A DNA stretch of 64,000 nt from positions 22,177 to 86,176 of the forward strand of contig JAXHOI010000004.1 of NCBI GenBank assembly GCA_034519505.1, written 5' to 3'. A model generated the notes under the pieces. It made no database searches and was not told the origin of the DNA. It saw nothing but the letters and a program-made list of their open reading frames with translations. Positions within the stretch are counted from its first letter, which is position 1, and each line of letters starts with the position of its first letter. Source of the stretch: Sphingobium sp. (GTDB lineage Bacteria > Pseudomonadota > Alphaproteobacteria > Sphingomonadales > Sphingomonadaceae). The translations under genes were made by a program, and so were the position numbers. This document shows, in pieces, positions 1-9,800 of the stretch.

Positions 1-1
1 C

Positions 2-1429
2 GTCGGACGTATAGCCGAAATAGCGTGCACCCGCCGTCACCTGCCACGCGGGCGTGACGTGGAACGTGCCTTCGCCGAATACCGCCTTCTCCGTCACCTT
101 CGAGCGGTTGAAGGAATTATATTCCACCTCGTCCGGGTTGGGCTGCGTGCCGAATTCCACCCAGGGGTGATTGGGTACATGCTCGGTATATTCGCGCAGG
201 CTCTTTTGACGGTTGTAGAATCCGCCGAGAACCCAGCTGAACGGTCCGCCATGCGTCGACACCAGGCGAACTTCCTGGTTGAATTGCTTGCGGCGCGAAT
301 GGCTTTCGTTCCAGCTCGAAAAGGCCGGGAAGCTTTCATAGCCATAGTCGAGGTCGAGCAGCAGGTCGGTGTTGTCGCTCTGCGTATCGTTCTTGACGTC
401 GGTATAGGCCGTGGTTGCGACCAGATCGGCAATATCGGCGATGTTGGCGTTGATTTCCATGCTGCCAAGGTGCGCGCGCCGGGTCACCGGCTCGATATAG
501 CGCGCCGCGCTCTGATAGCGGCCCGTGCCGAGCACGCCGTTGCTGTTATATTGGCCACCGTCGGTCCGGGTCCGCTGGAAGGCATAGGTGAAATTGACCT
601 TCAGATCGGGGTTCAGCTGAAACAGCAGCTGGTTGCGCGTGGTGAAGGTGCGCTCGAAATTCAGATCCTTGCGGCTGGTCAGGTTTGCGGCATAGGCGGC
701 AGGCGTCACGCTGTCCGGGCCGCTGGGCTGGGGCAGCGACACGCCGGGTTGTTGCAGCAGCAGTGTGTAGTCGATGAAACCCGGATCGTAGAAATAGCCG
801 GTGGCCGTGCGGAACGCGATATGATCCTTCAGGATCGGGATGTTGATGACCGCATCGATTTCGTGGCCGACCTTGCTGCCATGGCTCTTGCCATAGACGC
901 GCCCATGCACTTCGCCTTCAAACTTGTTCGTATCCGGGCGGTTGGGGATGTTGCGGATCGCGCCTGCCAGCGTGCCGAGGCCGTAAAGCGTGCCTTGCGG
1001 GCCGAGCAGCGTTTCGACGCGCGCAATGTCGAGCAGCTTGAAGTCGTAATAGAGCGGCACTTCGCCCAGATAAAGGCCGAGCGCAGTGTCGTAGGATGCG
1101 CCGGTCGAACTGGTGTCGGACGCATTGAGGCCGCGCAGCACGATCGTGCCGGTCGATCCAGGGCCGGTGTCCGAAATGGTGACGCCGGGCGTGAAATCGG
1201 CAATGTCGCGCACGTCGTCGATCCGCTGGCGGGCCAGCTGTTCCTGGCCGACGGCGGTGATGTTGATCGGCACATCCTGGATCGATACCGCGCGGCGGGT
1301 TGCCGTCACGATGATATCATTGCCACCGCCTTCGCTGGCGTCGGCCGGTGCGGCCTGCGCGAAGGCCGGATTGGTCCCGACGCCCATCAGGATGGTCGCG
1401 CCGAGCAGCGTGTTGCGAAACAGTTTCAT
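2..1429 (-). CDS. TonB-dependent receptor, 5' part (runs off window start)
   Basis: Manual translation from ATG at 1429: MKLFRNTLLGATILMGVGTNPAFAQAAPADASEGGGNDIIVTATRRAVSIQDVPINITAV...FTPGV..., i.e. signal peptide, TonB box and plug motif. Missing from the ORF track because it has no stop inside the window. Confidence 0.9.
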   Translation of the reverse strand, partial: MKLFRNTLLGATILMGVGTNPAFAQAAPADASEGGGNDIIVTATRRAVSIQDVPINITAVGQEQLARQRIDDVRDIADFTPGVTISDTGPGSTGTIVLRGLNASDTSSTGASYDTALGLYLGEVPLYYDFKLLDIARVETLLGPQGTLYGLGTLAGAIRNIPNRPDTNKFEGEVHGRVYGKSHGSKVGHEIDAVINIPILKDHIAFRTATGYFYDPGFIDYTLLLQQPGVSLPQPSGPDSVTPAAYAANLTSRKDLNFERTFTTRNQLLFQLNPDLKVNFTYAFQRTRTDGGQYNSNGVLGTGRYQSAARYIEPVTRRAHLGSMEINANIADIADLVATTAYTDVKNDTQSDNTDLLLDLDYGYESFPAFSSWNESHSRRKQFNQEVRLVSTHGGPFSWVLGGFYNRQKSLREYTEHVPNHPWVEFGTQPNPDEVEYNSFNRSKVTEKAVFGEGTFHVTPAWQVTAGARYFGYTSD

Positions 1430-1796
1430 GGTCACTCTGCCCCCTCTGCGGTTGGGCCTTCAAGTGACATCCCCCCTTTGGCGCTCTGGCTTTAGGCCGG
1501 CACCTGATTGGCCCGTTTCGGGCCAGGCATTCTCGATACGATATGCTTCCTGTCGCACCGGACGACAGCCATCGGCTGGCGCAGCGCTGCGACGCTGATC
1601 CACATAAGCTGATTGCGATGATGACATTGGGAAGCGGGAAGGCCCGATGGCCGAAACGAACCGTCCGCCGACAGCGCAATGCCCAAAAGAGCATCAGTGC
1701 GGGTCAGTTTCCGATTCACGAACCCTCCGTTCGCGCCGGGCAGTGCCCGGCCGTTTCACCCCTTCGTTCCGTCACCCTTCCGGCTTGACCCCCAAC

Positions 1797-1824
1797 ACAA
1801 TATGGATATTACCTTTCGCGTCAA
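1797..1824 (-). promoter_or_regulatory. Putative sigma70 promoter for the TBDR (TTGACG-N16-TATTGT)
   Basis: Minus strand reads ttgacg cgaaaggtaatatcca tattgt; it overlaps operator 1. Confidence 0.5.
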
Positions 1825-1833
1825 GCGTAATAC
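1806..1833. promoter_or_regulatory. NikR-type operator 1 (ATATTAC-N14-GTAATAC)
   Basis: Perfect TATTAC/GTAATA inverted repeat with 14-nt spacer; same geometry as the E. coli NikR operator (TATGAC-N14-GTCATA). Confidence 0.75.
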
Positions 1834-2106
1834 TTTTGCAGTTGCTCGGTATGAGGCCCGGCTTGGTTGCGGCGCACAAAACGGCGATTTTCCGGTCTCT
1901 TGCCGGTTGACGGTAATTCGGATTTTCCTGACGGCTTTGATCGATCCGCTGTTTCTCCCGGTCCGCTCTGTGACAGAATTGCGAATCGGGAAGGCTCGCT
2001 CGCTGATGATCGGAAAAGAACGGCTTCGCGCCGATATAGCTGTGAAACGAGTGACAAGGCGCGGCCTGACGCGCGAAGAATCACACTGGAAGCCGCACCC
2101 GCAATG

Positions 2107-2134
2107 TTATTACTTATGTAAAAATTCGTAATAT
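2107..2134. promoter_or_regulatory. NikR-type operator 2 (TTATTAC-N14-GTAATAT)
   Basis: Second copy with identical half-sites and spacing, 60 nt upstream of the ABC substrate-binding gene, in an AT-rich patch. Confidence 0.75.
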
Positions 2135-2193
2135 TTTTGGCTGGACAGGCGTCGTGGCGTTCGCAATATTGCAGTGCGAAAGGGGATCGAATC

Positions 2194-3276
2194 ATGATCA
2201 GGATGTTGCGGGCCGCAGGCATGATCGCACTGATGGCCGGAGCACTGCTCACGACATCCTGTTCCAAGACCCCTGACGGTCCGCCCAAGCCGAAGACCGA
2301 ATTCAATATCGGCTGGTCCATCTATGCCGGATGGATGCCATGGCCCTATGCGCAGCAGGCCGGCATCGTGAAAAAATGGGCCGACAAATATGGCATCAAG
2401 ATCAACATTGTTCAGGTGAACGATTATGTTGAATCGGTCAATCAGTACACGGCCGGCAAGTTCGACGGCGTGACTGTCACCAACATGGATGCGCTGACGA
2501 TCCCCGCGGCGGGCGGAAAGGACACCAGCGCCATCATCGTGGGCGATTATTCCAACGGCAATGACGGCATATTGCTGAAGGGCGCGGACCAGTTCGCCGC
2601 GATCAAGGGCCGTCAGGTCAATCTGGTCGAACTGTCGGTGTCGCATTATCTGCTGGCGCGTGCGCTCGAAAAGGCCGGCATGAAGCCGACGGACGTCAAG
2701 ACGGTGAACACATCGGACGCGGATATTGTCGGCGCTTTCAACAGCCCGGACGTTACGGCCGCCGTCGCCTGGAACCCGCAGCTTTCCGTGATGAAGGGGC
2801 TGGCTGGGGCAAAGGAAGTTTTCAGCTCCGCGCAAATCCCCGGCGAGATCATGGACCTGCTGGTGGTCGACACGGCCACGATCAAGGCGAACCCGAACCT
2901 GGGCAAGGCGCTGGCGGGCATCTGGTATGAAACGATGGCGCTGATGAAGCGGCAGGATGCGCAGGGCCAGGCCGCGCGGGCCGCCATGGCGAAGCTTTCG
3001 GGTGCGACGCCCGCCGATTTCGACCGACAGCTGACCACGACCTATCTCTACGCCGATCCCAAGGCGGCGGTGGCGGCAACGACGTCGCCCGCGCTGGTCA
3101 AGACGATGACGCAGGTGCGCGATTTCAGCTTCGCGCACGGACTGTTCAAGGGTGCGGCGACGGCGGACGCGGTGGGCATGGGCTTTCCCGGCGGCAAGAC
3201 ATTGGGCGACGCGCAGCATGTCACGCTGCGTTTCGACGACAGCTTCATGAAGATGGCGGGCGACGGCGCGCTTTAA
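2194..3276 (+). CDS. ABC transporter substrate-binding lipoprotein, urea-carboxylase-region family (probable guanidine binder)
   Basis: Lipobox LLTTSC; motifs WSIYAGWMPW, NDYVESVNQY, DYSNGNDG; RBS AAGGGG before ATG 2194; operon context. Confidence 0.88.
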   Translation: MIRMLRAAGMIALMAGALLTTSCSKTPDGPPKPKTEFNIGWSIYAGWMPWPYAQQAGIVKKWADKYGIKINIVQVNDYVESVNQYTAGKFDGVTVTNMDALTIPAAGGKDTSAIIVGDYSNGNDGILLKGADQFAAIKGRQVNLVELSVSHYLLARALEKAGMKPTDVKTVNTSDADIVGAFNSPDVTAAVAWNPQLSVMKGLAGAKEVFSSAQIPGEIMDLLVVDTATIKANPNLGKALAGIWYETMALMKRQDAQGQAARAAMAKLSGATPADFDRQLTTTYLYADPKAAVAATTSPALVKTMTQVRDFSFAHGLFKGAATADAVGMGFPGGKTLGDAQHVTLRFDDSFMKMAGDGAL

Positions 3277-3313
3277 GGGAGAGCGCAGGGGCTTTGAGCG
3301 GAAGGGGGGCGAC

Positions 3314-4129
3314 TTGCGTTACGTGAACCGACATGTTCGCCGCAGCAACCGGTTGATGCTGGGCGCGCTTCCCATCGTGATCCTGTTGCTGCTGTATCTG
3401 TTCCTCGCGGCACAGCGGCATGCGGCCAATCCGATGGACAAGATCCTGCCGCTGCCCGGCGGCATGGCTCAGGCGATGGGCGCGTTGCTGTTCCAGCCGG
3501 ATCAGCTGACGGGACAGTTGCTGTTCTGGGCGGATACGGCGGCCAGCCTGCAGCGGCTGGGCATCGGTCTTGGCATCGCGACAATCACCTCGCTGATCGT
3601 CGGGCTTCTGCTGGGTGTGCTGCCGCCGGTTCGCGCTACCTTCGGGCCGCTTGTCACGGGCCTCGCCGTCATTCCGCCGATCGCGCTGCTGCCGATTCTG
3701 TTCATCGCCCTGGGGCTGGGTGAAACGGCCAAGGTGGCGCTGATCGTGATCGGTATCGCGCCGGTGATGATGCGCGACATCGCGGCGCATGTCGCCAGCC
3801 TTCCCCGCGAACAGATCGCCAAGGCGCAGACGCTGGGCGCGAGCAGCTGGCAGATCATCATCCGCGTGGCCTTGCCGCAGGCGATGCCGCGCCTGTTGCA
3901 CGCCATGCGACTGGCGCTGGGTCCGGCCTGGGTTTTCCTGATTTCGGCAGAGGCCATCGCGTCCGATGTCGGCCTTGGTTACCGCATCTTCCTCGTCCGC
4001 CGTTATCTCGCGATGGATGTCATCATCCCCTATGTCGCCTGGATCGCGCTGCTCGCGGTTGCGATGGACCTGATCCTGACTTTCCTCAGCCAGCGGCTGT
4101 TCCCCTGGGCACATGGGATGGGCCATTGA
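3314..4129 (+). CDS. ABC transporter permease
   Basis: Multiple TM segments; EAA-like loop KAQTLGASSWQI; TTG start. Confidence 0.88.
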   Translation: MRYVNRHVRRSNRLMLGALPIVILLLLYLFLAAQRHAANPMDKILPLPGGMAQAMGALLFQPDQLTGQLLFWADTAASLQRLGIGLGIATITSLIVGLLLGVLPPVRATFGPLVTGLAVIPPIALLPILFIALGLGETAKVALIVIGIAPVMMRDIAAHVASLPREQIAKAQTLGASSWQIIIRVALPQAMPRLLHAMRLALGPAWVFLISAEAIASDVGLGYRIFLVRRYLAMDVIIPYVAWIALLAVAMDLILTFLSQRLFPWAHGMGH

Positions 4130-4932
4130 GCGCGCTCCTTTCCCTGCGCGACGTCTGGGTCGAATATGGCGATAAGATCGTGCTGGAGCGCGTGTCGCTG
4201 GATGTCGAAGCCGGCTCGTTCGTATCGATCATCGGTCCTTCGGGTGCCGGCAAGAGCAGCCTGCTGCGCCTGATCCTGGGGCAGGAGGCGGCCAGTCGTG
4301 GTTCCGTCATGCTCGACGGCGCGCCGCTTCTGCCCGAGTGCGGTCCCGATCGCGGGGTGGTTTTTCAACGTTATTCGGTGTTTCCGCACCTTTCGGTCCT
4401 GCGGAACACGCTATTCGGCATAGAGTGCGCGCAAGCACCCTTCACCGCCCGCCTGTTCGGTTCCGCCCGTCGCGCCGCCATCGCCGCAGCGACGGAGATG
4501 CTGAACGCGGTGGGACTGGGCGACAGCCTGCACCTCTATCCTGCCCAGATGTCGGGGGGTATGCAGCAGCGTCTGGCCATAGCGCAGGCGCTGATCAAGC
4601 GACCCCGCATCCTGCTGCTCGACGAACCCTTCGGCGCACTCGACCCTGGCATACGCGCCGACATGCACGCGCTGATCACCCGGCTGTGGCGTGACTATTC
4701 GCTGACCATCGTCATGGTGACGCACGACATCCGGGAGGCATTTGCCCTGGGAACCCGCGTGCTGACGCTCGACAAGCGCCGGCACGACCCCCATGCGCCG
4801 CATCGTTTCGGCGCGACCGTGATCTACGACCTGCCGCTGCGCAAGGCGGCGGGCGACATGCTGACGGGCGAGGCCGCCAATGGAGCGCCGGAAACGCCCC
4901 GCAAGGAAGAGGAAGGATTGATCCATGGCTAG
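4126..4932 (+). CDS. ABC transporter ATP-binding protein
   Basis: Walker A GPSGAGKS, signature MSGGMQQR, Walker B LLLDEPF. Confidence 0.93.
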   Translation: MSALLSLRDVWVEYGDKIVLERVSLDVEAGSFVSIIGPSGAGKSSLLRLILGQEAASRGSVMLDGAPLLPECGPDRGVVFQRYSVFPHLSVLRNTLFGIECAQAPFTARLFGSARRAAIAAATEMLNAVGLGDSLHLYPAQMSGGMQQRLAIAQALIKRPRILLLDEPFGALDPGIRADMHALITRLWRDYSLTIVMVTHDIREAFALGTRVLTLDKRRHDPHAPHRFGATVIYDLPLRKAAGDMLTGEAANGAPETPRKEEEGLIHG

Positions 4933-5401
4933 CGAGCCTGCAACACTGGCGCGGCTCAGCATGAGCCTTCCCGGCGACCTGTTCCGGCAGCTCGACATGA
5001 TGGTGGAGGAGCGCGGCTTGCCGTCCCGCTCTCAGCTCATTGCCGAACTGATCCGTCATGCTTTGGCCGAGCATGAGGCATTCACCCGCCCCGATGACAT
5101 GCTCGCGGGCACCATCACCATGGTCTATCGCGGCGATCGCGGCCGGGTGCGCCACCAGCTTGCGCAGACGCAGGCGGATTATCTGAAGGAAGTCATCTCC
5201 TCGCAGCATGTTTTCCTGGAAGATGACCAGTCGCTGGAGGTGCTGCTGGTCCAGGGGCCGGCATTCCGGCTCAAGGCTTTGTGTGATGCGCTGCGCCGGG
5301 TGCGCGGCATCCATCAGCTTCAACTCGTCACGACAACCGCGTTGCTGCCCCCGCTGCATGAGCAGGATGTCGCCACCAAGGTTCCAGAGGTCATGGCATG
5401 A
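4925..5401 (+). CDS. NikR-like ribbon-helix-helix regulator with a degenerate nickel site
   Basis: N-terminal RHH (RLSMSLP...SRSQLIAELIR) plus NikR C-terminal ACT-like domain (GTITMVY...ISSQHVFLEDDQSLEVLLVQG). Confidence 0.88.
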   Translation: MASEPATLARLSMSLPGDLFRQLDMMVEERGLPSRSQLIAELIRHALAEHEAFTRPDDMLAGTITMVYRGDRGRVRHQLAQTQADYLKEVISSQHVFLEDDQSLEVLLVQGPAFRLKALCDALRRVRGIHQLQLVTTTALLPPLHEQDVATKVPEVMA

Positions 5402-6222
5402 GTGCAGTTCTTTCCAATCCGCTGGCCGCCCGCGACCATGCCCGTCGCATGGCGGGAACAGTGGCCGAAGCGATGCCGGTGTTGCCGCCTGTTGCAGACG
5501 ACCTGCCGGAGGGTGTGGTCGCCGAAGACCTGATCTGGGAAGAAACTATTGCGGCGGGCGGATACAGCGCGCGGCGGCTGTCGCGCGGGTCGCGCCTCCG
5601 GCTGATCGACCTGAAGGGCGATGCCTGCGCCTCGTTGCTGATCTTCAACGCGGAAATGCCGACCGAGCGGCTGAACGTGGCGGACACGGTGAAGGTGCAG
5701 TGGAACGCCTATCTCGGGGCGGGAAAGCTGTTGCTGTCGGATATGGGCCGGGTGCTGATGAGCTTCATGGACGATGACGCGGGCACCCATGATGCCTTTT
5801 GCGGCACGTCCAGCCCGACGTCGAACGCCGCGAAATATGGGGATGGCACCAACAGCGGCCCAACCCCCAGTGGTCGGGATCGCTTCCTCCTGGGCGTAGC
5901 GAAATTTGGCCTGCAGCGGCGCGACGTGCATCCGTGCGTCAACCTGTTCAAGGGCGTTCGAATTGAAGCGGACGGGACGATCGTGCCGCAGGTGGGGCCG
6001 TTCGCACCGGGGCGCAGCCTGACCCTGCGTGCGGAAATGGACGTGATCGTGGTGATCGCCAATTGCCCGCATGTTCTGGACCCGCGCGATGACTGGGCCG
6101 TGACGCCGCTTCGCGCGACCGCATGGCGCGGTCCCGTTACGCCGGAGGATGACGCCATCCGGCTCGCCACACCGGAAGGGCTGCGCGCCTTTCAGAATGT
6201 CGAAGACTATTTCCGTCGTTGA
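5398..6222 (+). CDS. cgdA: Urea carboxylase-associated protein (DUF1989), carboxyguanidine deiminase subunit A-like
   Basis: ERLNVADTVKVQWNAYL, HDAFCG, NCPHVLDPR; first of the DUF1989 pair upstream of the carboxylase. Confidence 0.8.
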   Translation: MSAVLSNPLAARDHARRMAGTVAEAMPVLPPVADDLPEGVVAEDLIWEETIAAGGYSARRLSRGSRLRLIDLKGDACASLLIFNAEMPTERLNVADTVKVQWNAYLGAGKLLLSDMGRVLMSFMDDDAGTHDAFCGTSSPTSNAAKYGDGTNSGPTPSGRDRFLLGVAKFGLQRRDVHPCVNLFKGVRIEADGTIVPQVGPFAPGRSLTLRAEMDVIVVIANCPHVLDPRDDWAVTPLRATAWRGPVTPEDDAIRLATPEGLRAFQNVEDYFRR

Positions 6223-6237
6223 GAAGGAACAGGGCCA

Positions 6238-6873
6238 ATGAGCGCTGACCCCCATTTGACCGGGCTGACCGGCCCCATCGTCCATGATGTTATCGTGCCA
6301 GCGCGGGCGCCATGGCTGCACCACCTCGCCGCCGGGCAGACGTTGCGGATCGTCGATCTGGAAGGCAATCAGGCCGTCGATTTCCTGCTGTACGCTGCCG
6401 GGGACGACGCGGAACGCTACAGCGCGCAGGATACCGTTGCGGCGCAGGGCAATCTCTTCCTGCGCGAAGGGACCGTGCTGCGATCGAACGAAGGGCGGCC
6501 CATGATGACCATCGTGGGCAGCACCGTCGAATATCACGACACGATCGGCGGCGCGTGCTCCTGCGAGTCCAATACGCTACGCTATGGCCATCACACCAAG
6601 GCGGAGCATGCCTGCGTGGAGAACTTCCTTGAGGCCAATCTGCGGGAGGGCAGGGGGAAGCGGGACATCGTTTCGAACATCAACTTTTTCATGAACGTGC
6701 CGGTGGAGCCGGACGGGGCGCTCGGTATTGTCGATGGTATCTCTGCACCGGGCCTGACCGTCGATCTGCGTGCCGAAATGGATGTCATCGTCGTCGTGTC
6801 CAATTGCCCGCAGGTCAACAACCCCTGCAACGGGTTCAACCCCACCCCCGTGCGCATGATCGTCGCCGCATGA
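6238..6873 (+). CDS. cgdB: Urea carboxylase-associated protein (DUF1989), carboxyguanidine deiminase subunit B-like
   Basis: DLEGNQAVD, HDTIGGACSCESN, SNCPQVNNPCN motifs. Confidence 0.8.
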   Translation: MSADPHLTGLTGPIVHDVIVPARAPWLHHLAAGQTLRIVDLEGNQAVDFLLYAAGDDAERYSAQDTVAAQGNLFLREGTVLRSNEGRPMMTIVGSTVEYHDTIGGACSCESNTLRYGHHTKAEHACVENFLEANLREGRGKRDIVSNINFFMNVPVEPDGALGIVDGISAPGLTVDLRAEMDVIVVVSNCPQVNNPCNGFNPTPVRMIVAA

Positions 6874-9800
6874 GTTTCGACACTGTCCTGATCGCCAATC
6901 GTGGCGCCATCGCGACCCGGATCATCCGGACGCTGCGGCGGATGGGGCTTCGTTCGGTCGCGGTCTATTCGGAAGCGGACGAAGATTCGCTGCACGTTGC
7001 CATGGCGGACGAGGCGGTCTGCATCGGCGGCCCGCGGGCGACGGAAAGCTATCTCAACATCGCGGCGATCATCGATGCGGCGCGGGCTACCGGGGCGGGT
7101 GCCATCCATCCGGGCTACGGCTTTCTGGCTGAAAATGTCGAGTTCGCCGATGCCTGCGCTGCCGCCGGTATCGTCTTCATCGGGCCGACGGCGGACAATA
7201 TCCGTACCTTCGGCCTGAAGCACAGTGCGCGTGCGCTTGCGGCTGCCCACGCCGTGCCGCTGGCTCCGGGAACGGACCTGCTGACCGACGAGGCAGAGGC
7301 GGTGCGCGCGGCGCATGACATCGGCTTTCCCGTCATCCTGAAAGCGACGGCAGGCGGCGGCGGCATCGGCATGCGCGTGTGCGAAGATGAAGCGGCAGTG
7401 CGCGAGGGGTTCTCTGCGGTAGCGCGGCAAGGGGCGAGCAACTTCGGTGACGCGGGCATCTTTCTGGAACGCTACATCCGCCGCGCCCGGCATATCGAGG
7501 TGCAGCTGTTCGGCGATGGTGCGGGCCGCGTCATGGCGCTGGGCGAGCGGGATTGCTCGTTGCAGCGCCGTAATCAGAAGGTGGTGGAGGAAGCGCCCGC
7601 CCCCCATCTGCCCGAAGTGGTACGGCGCAACCTGATCGCGGCGGCCACCCGGCTTGGTGAGGCGGCAGTGTATCGTTCGGCGGGCACCGTCGAGTTTCTG
7701 TACGATGCGGAGCGGGAAGAGTTCTTCTTCCTGGAGGTGAATACCCGGCTTCAGGTCGAGCATGGCGTCACCGAAGAGGTGATGGGCATCGACCTTGTCG
7801 AATGGATGATCCGCGGCGCGGCCGACGACTTTGCTTTCCTCGATCAGCCGCCTCCACAGCCGCAGGGGCATTCCATTCAAGTGCGCCTCTATGCCGAAGA
7901 CCCGGCGCTCGATTATCGACCGACATCGGGCGCGCTGACCGCGGTGGAGTTCCCGTCCGACATTCGGGTCGAAACCTGGTGCATGGGTGGCAGCACGGTC
8001 AGTTCCTGGTACGATCCAATGCTGGCGAAGCTGATCGTCCATGCGCCCTCCCGCGAAGAAGCGGTGAAGGCGATGCAGGTTGCACTGGACCGTAGCCGGG
8101 TCGACGGGATCGAGACCAACCTGCGCTGGCTGTGCGATGTCGTCCGTTCGCCCGCCTTTGTCAGTGGCGAAGTTTCGACGCGCGTGCTGGACGGCATAGG
8201 CTTCGAGCCGCGCGCCGTGCGTGTGGTGAGCGGGGGCACGGCGACCACGGTGCAGGACTGGCCCGGTCGTCAGCGGTTGTGGGCGGTGGGCGTCCCGCCA
8301 TCGGGTCCGATGGATGACCTGTCGTTCCGACTGGGCAACCGACTGGTCGGCAATCCCGAAGGGACGGCGGGGCTGGAGGTCGTCCATACCGGCCCCACGC
8401 TGACTTTCACGGCACCGGCACGCATATGCCTGACCGGTGCGGATTTTGCTGCGACGCTGGATGGCGCGGCGGTCTCTCGCGGCGTTGCCGTCGATGTGGA
8501 GGCGGGACAGACACTCAGCCTTGGCCGGGCGAGCGGCGGCGGTATTCGCGGCTATATCCTGATTGCCGGCGGCCTCGACATCGCGCCCTATCTCGGCAGC
8601 CGCAGCACGTTCGAGCTGGGGCAATTTGGCGGCCATGCCGCGCGCCGCCTGCTGGCGGGCGACACGCTGCACCTGGGCGACGGGGCGATGGAGCCTGCAT
8701 TGCCGGCGGCGGCGCTGCCCCGGCTGACCAATGAGTGGACGCTGCGGGTGCTGTACGGCCCGCACGGAGCGCCCGATTTCTTCATGGCCGAGGACATCGA
8801 CGAAATTGTCGCGGCGGAATGGCAGGTTCACTATAACAGCAATCGAACCGGCGTTCGTCTGGTCGGCCCCAAGCCGCGATGGGCGCGCGCGGATGGGGGG
8901 GAGGCGGGGCTGCACCCGTCCAATATCCATGACAATCCTTATGCCATCGGTGCGGTGGATTTCACCGGCGACATGCCGATCATCCTTGGTCCCGATGGAC
9001 CATCGCTCGGCGGGTTCGTTTGCCCGTTCGTGGTCATCGCGGCGGATCGCTGGATGCTGGGGCAGCTGGCCCCCGGCGACAAGCTTCGCTTTGCGCCGGT
9101 GGACATCGCCGACGCCCGCTCCGCCGATCAGCACCAGCGGACACTGATCGCGTCGGGCGCGGCTTATGATGCGGGAAGCTGCCGGGCGGTGGCGACGCTG
9201 TCTCCGGTCCTTGCCGAAATTCCGGCCAGCCCCGATCGCCCGCGTACCGTCTATCGCCAACAGGGCGATCGCAACATCCTGGTCGAATATGGCCCGATCC
9301 TGCTCGACATCGAACTGCGCATCCGTGCGCATGCCCTGATGACCGAGCTGGAGCGGCTGGGTGCGGAGGGCATTGTCGACATCGTGCCAGGCATCCGTTC
9401 GCTTCAGCTGCACTTCGATGGCCAAACGCTCGATCAGGCCGGGGCACTGGCGATGCTGATGGCGGCGGAGGACCGGCTGGGCGATCTTGCCGATTTCACC
9501 ATCCCCTCGCGCATCGTTCATTTGCCGCTGAGCTGGCGCGATCCCGCGACGATCGAGACCATCGAGAAATATATGGGCGCGGTGCGCGACGATGCGCCCT
9601 GGTGCCCCGACAATATCGAATTCATCCGGCGTATCAACGGATTGCCGGATGTCGCCGCCGTCGAGAACCTGATTTTCGAGGCGAACTATCTGGTGATGGG
9701 CCTGGGCGACGTGTATCTCGGCGCGCCGGTCGCGACTCCGATCGATCCGCGGCACAGGCTTGTCACGACCAAGTACAATCCGGCACGCACATGGACGCCG

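Noticed and set aside
59-1495. 478-aa plus-strand ORF
   Set aside because: Antisense shadow of the TonB-dependent receptor; no recognisable motifs.
1480-1735. Guanidine-I riboswitch-like fragments on the minus strand (AGGGTTC at about 1720-1726; CCGGCCTAAAGCCAG near 1490)
   Set aside because: The pieces are over 200 nt apart and lack the conserved CCGAGAG and AAAAGCCCGGGAG elements. No paired ACGR-loop hairpins were seen either. Needs a covariance-model scan to exclude formally.
2155-2173. Possible sigma54 promoter TGGCGT...TTGCA upstream of the ABC operon
   Set aside because: GG-to-GC spacing is not the required 10 nt.
4925-5401. Calling this gene nikR and the ABC system a nickel importer
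   Set aside because: Ni ligands are mostly absent, and the binding protein is of the urea-carboxylase-region type, not NikA.
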